Shown piece after piece: positions 18,701 through 26,974 of a DNA stretch of 64,000 bases. The position numbers were made by a program, and so were the translations under genes. Below the pieces are notes generated by a model, which worked only from the letters and a program-made list of their open reading frames with translations, ran no database searches and was not told the DNA's origin. This DNA comes from Candidatus Micrarchaeota archaeon (GTDB taxonomy: Archaea; Micrarchaeota; Micrarchaeia; Norongarragalinales; Norongarragalinaceae): the NCBI GenBank assembly GCA_016188965.1, contig JACPGT010000013.1:116609-180608 (forward strand). Reading direction: 5' to 3'. Within the stretch, counting starts at the first letter, position 1, and the number at the start of each line of letters is the position of its first letter.

Positions 18701-21700
18701 TCAGCTCGACTTGCATGTGGCCCATCCATTCGGACACTGAACTTCCTTGGATGCCGCAGGCGGGGTCAAGGCGGGCGGTGAGCCGGTAGATGCCGCAGCC
18801 GTTGAACAGGATGCGGCCGGAGCCGGAGGATTGGACGACGACTTGGTTGATTTCGGGGAAGAACTGCGTCTTGATTTGTGATTCCCACTGCAGGGACTGC
18901 GCTAAGGTGTCATCGCCGGACAAGGCGCCTTCCGTCAATTGCAGGACCGTGGATTTCTGGAATTGCTTTCCGCTGTCGAGGGACTGGCAGAACGCCGAAA
19001 GGCCGGAAAGTTCGGTGGCTTGGCCGTTGTTGTTGATGCGTTGGTTGACCAGTTCGCGGAACGTGCTGGCGAACGAATAGACGGCGCGTTCGGCCTGGCC
19101 GCTGGTGCAGAAGAATTTCTTGCAAGTGCGGAAGTCCAGAAGGTTCTGGTACGCCTGCGTGCGGGCTTGCGCTTCGGTCTTGCGTTCCGCTTCCTTCTGT
19201 GCTGCGGACTTTTCCGGTTCCGGCGGATTCGCCGCGGCGGCTTCGGCCGCGGAAGGCGTCAGAGCCGGCGGCGCGTTGGCGGACGGCGCGTCGGCAAAGG
19301 CAAGCGTTTCGTAGGACGCGAGGCCCATCTGGCCTTTCTGCTTGGGCGTCGCCGTGCGGGGGTCGAAGAAAGGCACGGCTTTTCCGATGGGCGAGTACGG
19401 ATAGAGCGAAGAGGAGGGTCCGGGATTCCAGACGTGGACGTTGATCGTCTTGGTGGGGTTGAACGAATCGCCCAGAAAGTCGATGATGTAAGGGCCTTGT
19501 TTTCCTTGGCTTCCGGGGTTGGACACGCAGGAAAGCAGCATCACGTCGGCCGGCTTGATTTCCGCCCCGGTCTGCAGCTGGAAGGTCGTCTTGGACCCGC
19601 CTTCCACGCGCGTGCACGTCATGAGTCCGGCGCCTGCGCCCGAGATGGACTTGACGCGGACGGGCTTTTCCTCGTTGTTGACGATGGCGAAGAACAATTC
19701 GTGCCCGGCGCTCTTGAAGTACAGCTTGTCCGCGCCGGTGCCGCCGGCGATGCCGGCCAGTTCCGCCGTGTCGTAGTTGACCGATACGGCGTTCAAGTCG
19801 ACGAACTGCTTTTGATCCTGGTAGGCCTGGCAGTCCGACTCCTTGGCGTCGAAAATCATCTTGACGGGCAGGCGGTGTTTTTCGGATTCGGAAACGGGCT
19901 CGCCGTTGACGTCGTTGAACTTGAACGCGTACCGGCCTTCCATGGACGGCGGCACTTTGCTTGCCGAAATGCATTTGTCTTTCCAAAGCACGTCCGGCGG
20001 TAGGCTGAATTCAAGGGTGAAGGCGCGGCAGTTGGACTGGCCTTCCACGGACGGCTCGACCGCGAGGCGTTGGCGCTTGCCGTAGGCGCTGGGTTCCGAG
20101 AAGTAGGCGCGTTCGGAAGGCACCTTGGAATCCGTCGAATCGGCTCCGGCGATGGCTTGGAAGATGGGCTTGTGTTCAGCGGACACGGCTTGGGCCGGCT
20201 CGGACGTGACGGCGTCCAGGATGATGCTCTGTTTGCCGCTGTTGAACAGGCAGATTTCCTTCTTCTGGGTGAACAATTCCGGATTCTTGTTGCTGAACGT
20301 GATTTCCAGCACGCCCATCTTGCCGTCCTTGTCCAAAGCGGCAAAAACGTCTTCCGCCGTGATGGACACGTCGAGGCGGCCGGATCCTTTCTCGCATACG
20401 GGCAGGAAGGAAAGCGACGAGCCCTTGGGCATCAGAAGGCCGGAACCGGAGTACTGGGGCGGCATGGCGGCCTGGATCTTCTGGCCGTTTGGATGAAGCG
20501 TGATTTTCTTGGCGCTGCCCAACTGCGTCAACGAGCCGGATTTCGAGCCGAACGAGATCGGCGTCAGGACGCCCAGGTCCACGTCGGCCTGGTTTTCCTT
20601 GAAACTGGCCAGGACGCGCTGGGGCATGGATACCACCGATTTTTCGGCGAAGGACACCTTGGCTTCCTTCAGCGTGTCGGCGACGTCCTTTCCGGCAGCG
20701 TCCTTGAGGCACGCCGTCAGCTCGACGGCATCCGACGTGCGGATGCTTTTTTCCTCGGCGTCCGACGCGTCGCCTACGGTGAACTCGCTGTCGGTCGAAA
20801 AAACAATTTTCTTGACGGCCGGGCTATGGAACACTTCGGCCGTCCCCGAGCCGCCGCTGACGGAGAATACGAGGCGGGCCGAATCGTCGCAGGCCGGCAG
20901 GATGGCTTCGTACCCTTTCGCCGTCTTCTGTACCGCCGTTCCGGTCGGCAGGGTGAAAGCCACGGAGTCCGGAGGCGCGTACGTGAAGGAACACTTGGCC
21001 ACTGAAGCCGGGTCGTAGGGAATGCGGGCGTGGGCGCCTTTGAGGTAAGTCAAGGCGTTGTCGCGGGCTACGCGCAGCACGTTCTGGCTTAGTTGTTTGG
21101 ACACGCTAAGCGTCCAGGATGCCTCGACCACGGCGTCGTCGGAAAGCTTCAGCGCGTTGCGTCCGTCCTGCGTCTTGAATGCCTTGGGCGAAGGGCCATG
21201 CACGCTCAAGGCGTAGGACAGGGGCATGCGCAGTTCGAACGCCTCCTCGATGGGCAAATCCTTGACGGCACTGACGCGCGCACGGGAGACGAACAAGGAC
21301 GTGCCGGACGGCAGCATGAGCGTGCCTTTCTGAACGTCTAAAGCGGCGCCGTCGCCGAAAGCTAGGCGTTCGCCTCCGGGCAACTGGATGGCCTTGAGGT
21401 TCTGCAAGTGGGCATCGGACTGCGGTTTGGAAAGGTAAGACAACGAATTGGCGGCGTTGGGCGTCTTGGGCTGCACATTCTTGCGTTCGACCGTGCCGGG
21501 CAACAAGTCGAACTGCGCGTCGGTAGGAAGCTTGATCTCGACGGAGTCCGGCGGCAGCAGGTTCTGCAACGCATCGTAGTTGAAGGGAATACGGCGGAAC
21601 GTGACCGGCTGCAAAGGCGGCACGCGCACGCCGGCGGCGGAGAGCCGGGCGTTGCCCTGCGCCTGCGGCGTTTGCACGCCGGGCGGCAGGATGATCTGCG

Positions 21701-24700
21701 CGTTGTCCAGCGTGACGAGCATCTGTCCGGACGCGCCGAAGGGCTGGTAGTCGGCATCGGACGGCAGGTTGAGCGTCACGCCCAACGGGAACGAAATGGT
21801 CCAGCCGCCTTCCGGCAAGGCCTGCACGTAGCGGCGGTCCAGGACGAACGCCGTGCCTTGCGGCACCTGGGCGTCGATGGGTGTGACGGACGCGCCGGTG
21901 CCGAACCACAGCAATTCACGCGTAGGCAACAAGACCGACGTGCTGCCGTCCGGGTTGGACTTGCTGCGGGCGTTGGCCAGAAATTCCATGCGTACGTCCA
22001 CGGGCAACGTGAGGCGGTAGCCGTTGGGAGGCTGGCAGGCCAAGCTGGCGGTGGAGACGTCGAGGTTGACCGAAGCCGTCTTCTTCGAGGACAGGCCCTG
22101 GAACGAACCGTATACGGTCAGAGCGCCTTTTTTCTGCAGGTCTTCGCTGAAGCAGTCGATTTCACGCGGCAGGAAGGCCTTAATGGTGAACGCGTCCTGC
22201 GAGCCGGGCGGCAGAGTGAGCGACGCCGGCTGGATGGAAAGGCCCAGGGTCTGCTCGACGTTGAACACCATCGGGTACGCGCCCGTATTGGACACCGTCA
22301 TCTGGACGGACTGCGTCTTGTCCTTCGGCGGCTCCAGGTTGAACTGCAGCGCGTCCGGCGAGACGGACCACGACTCGTCGATGGCCGTCTGCGAAAACAC
22401 CGCGTCAACGGTGAACGGCACGTCGAACGACTCGGAGTAGCCTTTGCCGGACACGCGGACGTGCACCGTGCCCCGCACTTTTTCCTTCAATTGGCCCGCT
22501 TTCTTGGCGATTTCCAGGACGGATTCCTTGATGGCGGCCTTCAGGTCGAACGACGCCGTGCCGCTTGCGGCCAAGGACAGCGACGTCGTCGAAAGCGTCA
22601 CGTCGGTAATCTGGCCGCCGGCGTCCAGCGAAACGCTGATGGAGGCACGCAGCTTGTCGGCAAGCCGGTTGGACAATTGGACGGACGCCGAAGCGGGCTC
22701 CTTGGAATCCACGCTGATGACCAACGCTGGAGGCGTGATGTCAACGGCCTGCTCCGGCGGTTGCACGGCAATCGAGCCGGAAAACGGCCGGTAGCCGTCC
22801 TTCGTCACTTCGAACGAAATAGGCGCAAGCGAGTCAGGCTCAATCTCGTCCACGACGTAGACGCCGGACGCGTTGCCCGATTCGACGGCCTCCCGATCAT
22901 CGACGCTCACGCGGGCCCCCGTCACGGACTGGCCCAGCGTGTCCTTGACGGTGAACACCAATTTCGACACGCTCAAGGCCTCGACGCGGTCCGGACGCAC
23001 CGATACGACCAGCCCGGGCGTGCCCGGAGAAAAGACGCTCACGAAGGCCTCCGTCTCGAAGAGAACCGATCGGCCGTCCGAGACGTTGATCGACAACGGC
23101 GCGTCGGCTGACAGGCGGACGGCTTGGAACGAGAACTCGGCCGAACTGCGACCAGCGTCGGCCCGGATGCGGGCCGCCGAAGGCGTCAGGGATGCGACGC
23201 TGGAATTGCTGCGGCCGGAAAGAAGCACGATGGCCGGCGTGCCGGACGACACGCCAAGGACGCCGTCGGATGAGAGGCCGAAGACGTTGACGACCAACGA
23301 CGCCTTCTGTCCCCACGGCAGGTCGAGGCGCGAGCTCTTGCGTCCCTTGTACGAAAAATGCCACTGCACGCACACGTTTTCGGTGCACGTGCCGGAAAAC
23401 GAGACGGACAGGCGGGCGGATTCGGTCAGGCCTTCCGCCGGCGAACGCAGCGTCTCGACGGGAGTGAAGAAAGCCGAACGGTGGGAAAGCACGACGGTGC
23501 CGCTGGAAGGCGTCTTGAAACGCAAGCTAAACTGGCGCGAGCCGTTGAACGGCCCGTACTCGAACAGCACGCCGGTCGCTTCCTGGACTTCGACGGCCGC
23601 CGGCGCAAGCACCGTCACGAAGCCGGACAACTCGGGGTTGCGCATCGACTTGAACGAAAAGCCGCCCACTTTGTTGAACACGACCGAACGATTCTGGCCG
23701 TCGGGAATCGTGACGCTCTGACCGTCGTCGAAAACGATGAAATGCGTCACGTTGTCCTGGTTGACGAACCAGACGGACCCGCCTTGCGTCACTTCGAAAG
23801 AGGGCTGGGAAAAGCCATCCGGACCGATGTCGACGGGCGGCACGTCGGGCAACGCTCGGTTCTCCGCCGAGCCTTTCTTGGAAACCCGCGCGCCGACGCC
23901 TTGGCCACCCAGCACGGCCGCGCCTTCGAGGGCCACTTCACCTTCGGCTTTCGAGAACGAAACGCCGGGCGACACGATGGCGTAACGCGCCTCGTACTCG
24001 CTCAACGGCGAGAGGGAATGGACCTTGCGGCCGGAAACGTCGAAAACGCCGTCGAAACGCAGCCTCACGTTCTGCGCCACCTGGCTGGACGTCAGTTCGA
24101 ACGTCAACGGCGGCATGCCGGCATACACGGGCAGAGGGGAGGCATCCATCGACGAGTAGCCGTCCGCGCTGACGTGAAACTGCGCGTCCTCGCTTTCAAG
24201 GACGGCGATGGAACAGGCGCCTTTGGAATCCGTCTTGCACGACGCGTTGGACCACGAGACTTTGGCATTGGCAAGGCCGTTGCGCGAAAAATGGTCCACG
24301 ACGGACACTTTGACGCCCACCGACACGGGCGGGAACTGCAAGTCGACCTGCGTCTCGTTGGAGTCTGCATCGAGCGCGACGGAGCCGCTGGAAACCGAAC
24401 GCACGCCGTCGGATGCCACCACTTGGATGACGCGGAGCGGCACGTCGTCGAACACCTGCACGCCGTCCTCGCCCGTCAGCCGCACCGGCAAGCCCAACGG
24501 CTTGGACTTTTCGTCCAGAAGAAAGACGGACACGCGCGACGCGTCAGTGCCTCGGCGGTCCGTCACGTGCACGCGGACGCGGGTCGATTGGTTGTCGGAA
24601 TCTTCCAGCACGACCAACTGGTCCTTCTGGATGGACGGCACGTACTTCGGCAGGAAGCCGGCCTTGTAGACGGAGACGGCCAACGACGACGAATGCGACA

Positions 24701-25769
24701 CGTTGAAAATCGCGATTCCTTCCTCGGGGAACGACTCGCCGGCCAGCTTCGCACCCACATACAGCCGCACCAAGGGCGAATAGACGGCGTTGCCCGCAGA
24801 ATCCTTGACCGTGACGCGCACGCCGGAGAACGCCGGCGGCAACGCCGAAAGCGCCACGGACACCGTCTCATCCGGCCGCGTCACGTTGACGTCTTCCGAC
24901 GCTTCGGAAAAACCTTCGGCCGACACCACGACCCGGACAGAACCGCCCAGAGGCACGTCCAACGCCGGCGCCGAGCCGTCTTCCGACGTTTCCGCCGTCC
25001 TCAACAAGGCATCGGCCTGAAAGACGCGGACCGACGCGTTGGCCACCGGACCGCCGCCGACTTTGGCCTCGACCACGCGCACGTGAAGACGCGCGTCCGT
25101 CGCCTGGTCTTTCTTCATCGGCACCAGCATGACGTACCGGTTCGACTCGCCGACCTGCACGCGCTGCTCGTCCGGCGTGAAGCCCTCCTGCTCGGCCTTC
25201 ACGACGTACTCGGAATTCTTGGGAACCGAAAACGAGAACGACGTCTGCTTCGCCACTTGATCGATGACCTTGCCGTCCGCATCCGACAGCGTCAGCGTCG
25301 GCGCGTCCGCCGCCTGCACGTCCACCACCAAGCTGACGCCTTGCGCTTCCTGGAGGCTGGCCGACACGCTTTTGCGCGACGTCTGGCCCGCCTTGACCGT
25401 CAGGTCGAAATTCGGCTCGGAAAACACGGCGGACGACGAGAAGACGTTGACGTTGACTTTGCCTGCCGGCACTTGGTCGAAAGACGCCTTGCCTGACGCG
25501 TCGGTCGACGCCGACGCTTTGAAGGACCCGGAATCCGTCAGCGTGACGGACACGCCCGGCAAAGGCTCGCCGGCGAAACTGGACGCCGAAACGACGACCG
25601 AACCCGTCGATGGGCCTTGGTTGAAAAACACAAACGCTATGCCCGCGATCAAAAGCAGGGCAATGACAAGCAAGGCGGCCGGCGGAATGCCTTTTTCCTG
25701 CAAGGCGTCTGCCCAGCTGCGGAAAGGCAAGCCCTGCTCGTCCGACCACTCGAAAAACGATTCAAACAC
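15720..25769 (-). CDS. Giant membrane-anchored surface protein (3349 aa) with carboxypeptidase-regulatory/prealbumin-like Ig repeats and a cupredoxin-like domain
   Basis: N-terminal TM; repeated V.V.D..G..V..A.V....TD..G...F motifs; Cys-containing C-terminal third with hydrophobic helices; GTG start. Confidence 0.92.
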   Translation of the reverse strand: MFESFFEWSDEQGLPFRSWADALQEKGIPPAALLVIALLLIAGIAFVFFNQGPSTGSVVVSASSFAGEPLPGVSVTLTDSGSFKASASTDASGKASFDQVPAGKVNVNVFSSSAVFSEPNFDLTVKAGQTSRKSVSASLQEAQGVSLVVDVQAADAPTLTLSDADGKVIDQVAKQTSFSFSVPKNSEYVVKAEQEGFTPDEQRVQVGESNRYVMLVPMKKDQATDARLHVRVVEAKVGGGPVANASVRVFQADALLRTAETSEDGSAPALDVPLGGSVRVVVSAEGFSEASEDVNVTRPDETVSVALSALPPAFSGVRVTVKDSAGNAVYSPLVRLYVGAKLAGESFPEEGIAIFNVSHSSSLAVSVYKAGFLPKYVPSIQKDQLVVLEDSDNQSTRVRVHVTDRRGTDASRVSVFLLDEKSKPLGLPVRLTGEDGVQVFDDVPLRVIQVVASDGVRSVSSGSVALDADSNETQVDLQFPPVSVGVKVSVVDHFSRNGLANAKVSWSNASCKTDSKGACSIAVLESEDAQFHVSADGYSSMDASPLPVYAGMPPLTFELTSSQVAQNVRLRFDGVFDVSGRKVHSLSPLSEYEARYAIVSPGVSFSKAEGEVALEGAAVLGGQGVGARVSKKGSAENRALPDVPPVDIGPDGFSQPSFEVTQGGSVWFVNQDNVTHFIVFDDGQSVTIPDGQNRSVVFNKVGGFSFKSMRNPELSGFVTVLAPAAVEVQEATGVLFEYGPFNGSRQFSLRFKTPSSGTVVLSHRSAFFTPVETLRSPAEGLTESARLSVSFSGTCTENVCVQWHFSYKGRKSSRLDLPWGQKASLVVNVFGLSSDGVLGVSSGTPAIVLLSGRSNSSVASLTPSAARIRADAGRSSAEFSFQAVRLSADAPLSINVSDGRSVLFETEAFVSVFSPGTPGLVVSVRPDRVEALSVSKLVFTVKDTLGQSVTGARVSVDDREAVESGNASGVYVVDEIEPDSLAPISFEVTKDGYRPFSGSIAVQPPEQAVDITPPALVISVDSKEPASASVQLSNRLADKLRASISVSLDAGGQITDVTLSTTSLSLAASGTASFDLKAAIKESVLEIAKKAGQLKEKVRGTVHVRVSGKGYSESFDVPFTVDAVFSQTAIDESWSVSPDALQFNLEPPKDKTQSVQMTVSNTGAYPMVFNVEQTLGLSIQPASLTLPPGSQDAFTIKAFLPREIDCFSEDLQKKGALTVYGSFQGLSSKKTASVNLDVSTASLACQPPNGYRLTLPVDVRMEFLANARSKSNPDGSTSVLLPTRELLWFGTGASVTPIDAQVPQGTAFVLDRRYVQALPEGGWTISFPLGVTLNLPSDADYQPFGASGQMLVTLDNAQIILPPGVQTPQAQGNARLSAAGVRVPPLQPVTFRRIPFNYDALQNLLPPDSVEIKLPTDAQFDLLPGTVERKNVQPKTPNAANSLSYLSKPQSDAHLQNLKAIQLPGGERLAFGDGAALDVQKGTLMLPSGTSLFVSRARVSAVKDLPIEEAFELRMPLSYALSVHGPSPKAFKTQDGRNALKLSDDAVVEASWTLSVSKQLSQNVLRVARDNALTYLKGAHARIPYDPASVAKCSFTYAPPDSVAFTLPTGTAVQKTAKGYEAILPACDDSARLVFSVSGGSGTAEVFHSPAVKKIVFSTDSEFTVGDASDAEEKSIRTSDAVELTACLKDAAGKDVADTLKEAKVSFAEKSVVSMPQRVLASFKENQADVDLGVLTPISFGSKSGSLTQLGSAKKITLHPNGQKIQAAMPPQYSGSGLLMPKGSSLSFLPVCEKGSGRLDVSITAEDVFAALDKDGKMGVLEITFSNKNPELFTQKKEICLFNSGKQSIILDAVTSEPAQAVSAEHKPIFQAIAGADSTDSKVPSERAYFSEPSAYGKRQRLAVEPSVEGQSNCRAFTLEFSLPPDVLWKDKCISASKVPPSMEGRYAFKFNDVNGEPVSESEKHRLPVKMIFDAKESDCQAYQDQKQFVDLNAVSVNYDTAELAGIAGGTGADKLYFKSAGHELFFAIVNNEEKPVRVKSISGAGAGLMTCTRVEGGSKTTFQLQTGAEIKPADVMLLSCVSNPGSQGKQGPYIIDFLGDSFNPTKTINVHVWNPGPSSSLYPYSPIGKAVPFFDPRTATPKQKGQMGLASYETLAFADAPSANAPPALTPSAAEAAAANPPEPEKSAAQKEAERKTEAQARTQAYQNLLDFRTCKKFFCTSGQAERAVYSFASTFRELVNQRINNNGQATELSGLSAFCQSLDSGKQFQKSTVLQLTEGALSGDDTLAQSLQWESQIKTQFFPEINQVVVQSSGSGRILFNGCGIYRLTARLDPACGIQGSSVSEWMGHMQVELNVEKLQECPVNLANAALLTADTPVSYAGNQLGTGSVIGAVKQVFSWNTLNAVGGLAQSAVNSGDKGKVAAMLESVGRLRQGVLGTYGSDANDKDALAVKMTYASAFGANAKDAKIKYCNKPGFEDKPCPAIPYENANFCWRTGGPVLTKLGLTVTGLALLQAIAAANPASVTATGGSSFLVGVRSFITNYRLITAASGCGAGAVAEYFQGRSVLSCRALEACTSSVLAGMVEMANPFFGGWKPLAAEAQLLRATSTTTLGSTLTGTAMRSAVGSFALQSIVGGATVAYLENLAGPDVTATPPVVPITLVLRQGLSPNKVYSGGVAARSYMINLMPGESYRKNIQAATSSFAAQGFFGAQGRRTTEQAVRAFYDAGNGKPENAFSNALFHGMALLSPDDKKAAAALIGSKDPAKVKQGYAMVSTNLIKENPVAARQFFVENLGLAGPASLQGDALTARLRSTFSALMQSPEFGPQTFEVLKGSTNKIPAGVLTRCSGNPAGCMAELDRLNYFQTAANQEYLLEQLTGEKSKFLIVTSEKGSGAKFLIHSSNAMRTNLMGEALEPLEKEAGVLLRTKLSLPDTAPDADVVTALGKRTAAQNKVLLDQLKKESRYLQLIQSADVGTGLAPAINDIVKTGKFPNAAGETGAAIVKRFEDGALSFTDLSDAFRRQGVEIGASFGGVASVTEVGANRLDSTGFLKGAKTPAQKAKALADLQLYDRDGKPAKLTPSLLADAEATLADQQAAARKLLNADGRARLARGASAFAAFLSAFLFNTDFRPVQIQVSADSSGSHVIAVHTEKGKPSAESICIKGASGLCESGNVISVSKLCGNSGTCFRLLQWPDGQSQAYGLVVGFNDDALVDPRFIGSIFLPEEAPLLPADLQLLKLPPGSSIDYAPLPAVGFKEYQPAAENPKVTARQVQIQAAQALIDQVNTDGFKNSLSDADRRSIIALANQAIAAFRAGKDAEGAAKLSAADQALTRLLSKGQTGGSKP

Positions 25770-25922
25770 GGATTCTTTGACCCTAGTCTACGAGGGCAAG
25801 GGGGAATAAAAAGGGATGGCGGCTGCGGGCTTGAAAACCACAGGACGAAACCCGACACGGAGGCAAACGAAGCAGTAAAAAGGCCGGAAACAGAAAAAAC
25901 GTAAGAAGAAAAGGCAAACCGT

Positions 25923-26204
25923 ATGGACGTAAAAACCATCAAACGTAAAATAGCATCCATCCTCCAGCGGCACCACGTGAGCCGCGCAGGTGTGTTCGGA
26001 TCCGCTGCCCGTGACGAAATGCGCAACGACAGCGACGTAGACATACTGGTCCGATTCAAAAAAAACATCGGCCTGCTGGAATTCATCGCTCTCAAACTAC
26101 AGCTTGAAAAGGCGTTGGGATGCAAAGTCGACCTCGTGGAATACGACTCGCTCAAGCCGGCCCTCCGGGAAAAAGTCCTGGCTCAAGAGGTCCGCCTCGC
26201 ATGA
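25923..26204 (+). CDS. mntA: Minimal nucleotidyltransferase (MNT) antitoxin
   Basis: GVFGSAARDEMRNDSDVDILV...LEKALGCKVDLV. Confidence 0.92.
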   Translation: MDVKTIKRKIASILQRHHVSRAGVFGSAARDEMRNDSDVDILVRFKKNIGLLEFIALKLQLEKALGCKVDLVEYDSLKPALREKVLAQEVRLA

Positions 26205-26560
26205 AGCGCGACATCGGAGTCTACCTCGACGACATCCTGGAGAGCATCCTGCTCATCCGCGAATACGTCCGAGGAATGGACCGGGACGACTTCAACGCCA
26301 ACATGCAGACGAAAGACGCCGTCTTGCGACGGCTTGAAATCATCGGCGAAGCCGTCAAAAACATCCCCGAATCCATCCGCGTCCAGCACCCCAAAATGCC
26401 TTGGAAGGAAATCGCCGGCATGCGCGACATCCTGATTCACGCGTATTTCGGCGTCAACATGGACCGCGTGTGGACCACCATCAACAAAAACATCAACGAA
26501 CTGGAAGCCACGATTTATAAAATCAAGATAACCGGTTCGAAAAAAAAGCCAAACCCGTGA
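26201..26560 (+). CDS. hepT: HEPN (DUF86) RNase toxin
   Basis: YLDDILESI, DAVLRRLEIIGEA, PWKEIAGMRDILIHAYF (Rx4H); ATGA overlap with MNT. Confidence 0.92.
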   Translation: MKRDIGVYLDDILESILLIREYVRGMDRDDFNANMQTKDAVLRRLEIIGEAVKNIPESIRVQHPKMPWKEIAGMRDILIHAYFGVNMDRVWTTINKNINELEATIYKIKITGSKKKPNP

Positions 26561-26709
26561 CGACCTCGCGGTCACCTAACACGCCGAAAGAAAGCGAAGA
26601 CGCCAACGTCAGGGGCAGGTTAATCTTGCCGGAATGCATCCGCCCATCCGCGAAAAAGGCACCCGCCCTTCTCATCCGACCAACTCGAAGAAAGGCTCAA
26701 ACACTACGC

Positions 26710-26913
26710 TATAGCAAACCAAGAAAGTAACCCGACTCAATAGTCTTGGTTTCCGCACAAATTGTCCGGCAATTTGTGGGACATCACAAAACCGCTACGG
26801 TTTTGTGTGGCCTTGCGGAAGTATCCGCAAGACCCGCAAGTCTTGGAAAGACTTGCTAGGTGCTATCTAGCAAAGCTTGCCAAATAGTCGTGAAACATGC
26901 AAGCTTTGCTATA
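26710..26913. other. Six-hairpin palindromic element with 9-bp terminal inverted repeats (MITE-like or structured RNA)
   Basis: TATAGCAAA at 26710 and TTTGCTATA ending at 26913; six perfect stems of 8-13 bp in tandem. Confidence 0.7.
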
Positions 26914-26974
26914 AACCCCCGTTCTACGAGGGAAGAAGGAAAAAAGGAGTGCGAATGAAATTGAAAATTCAAAA

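Noticed and set aside
26710-26913. Hairpin cluster as a CRISPR mini-array
   Set aside because: The stems differ in sequence; there is no repeat-spacer periodicity.
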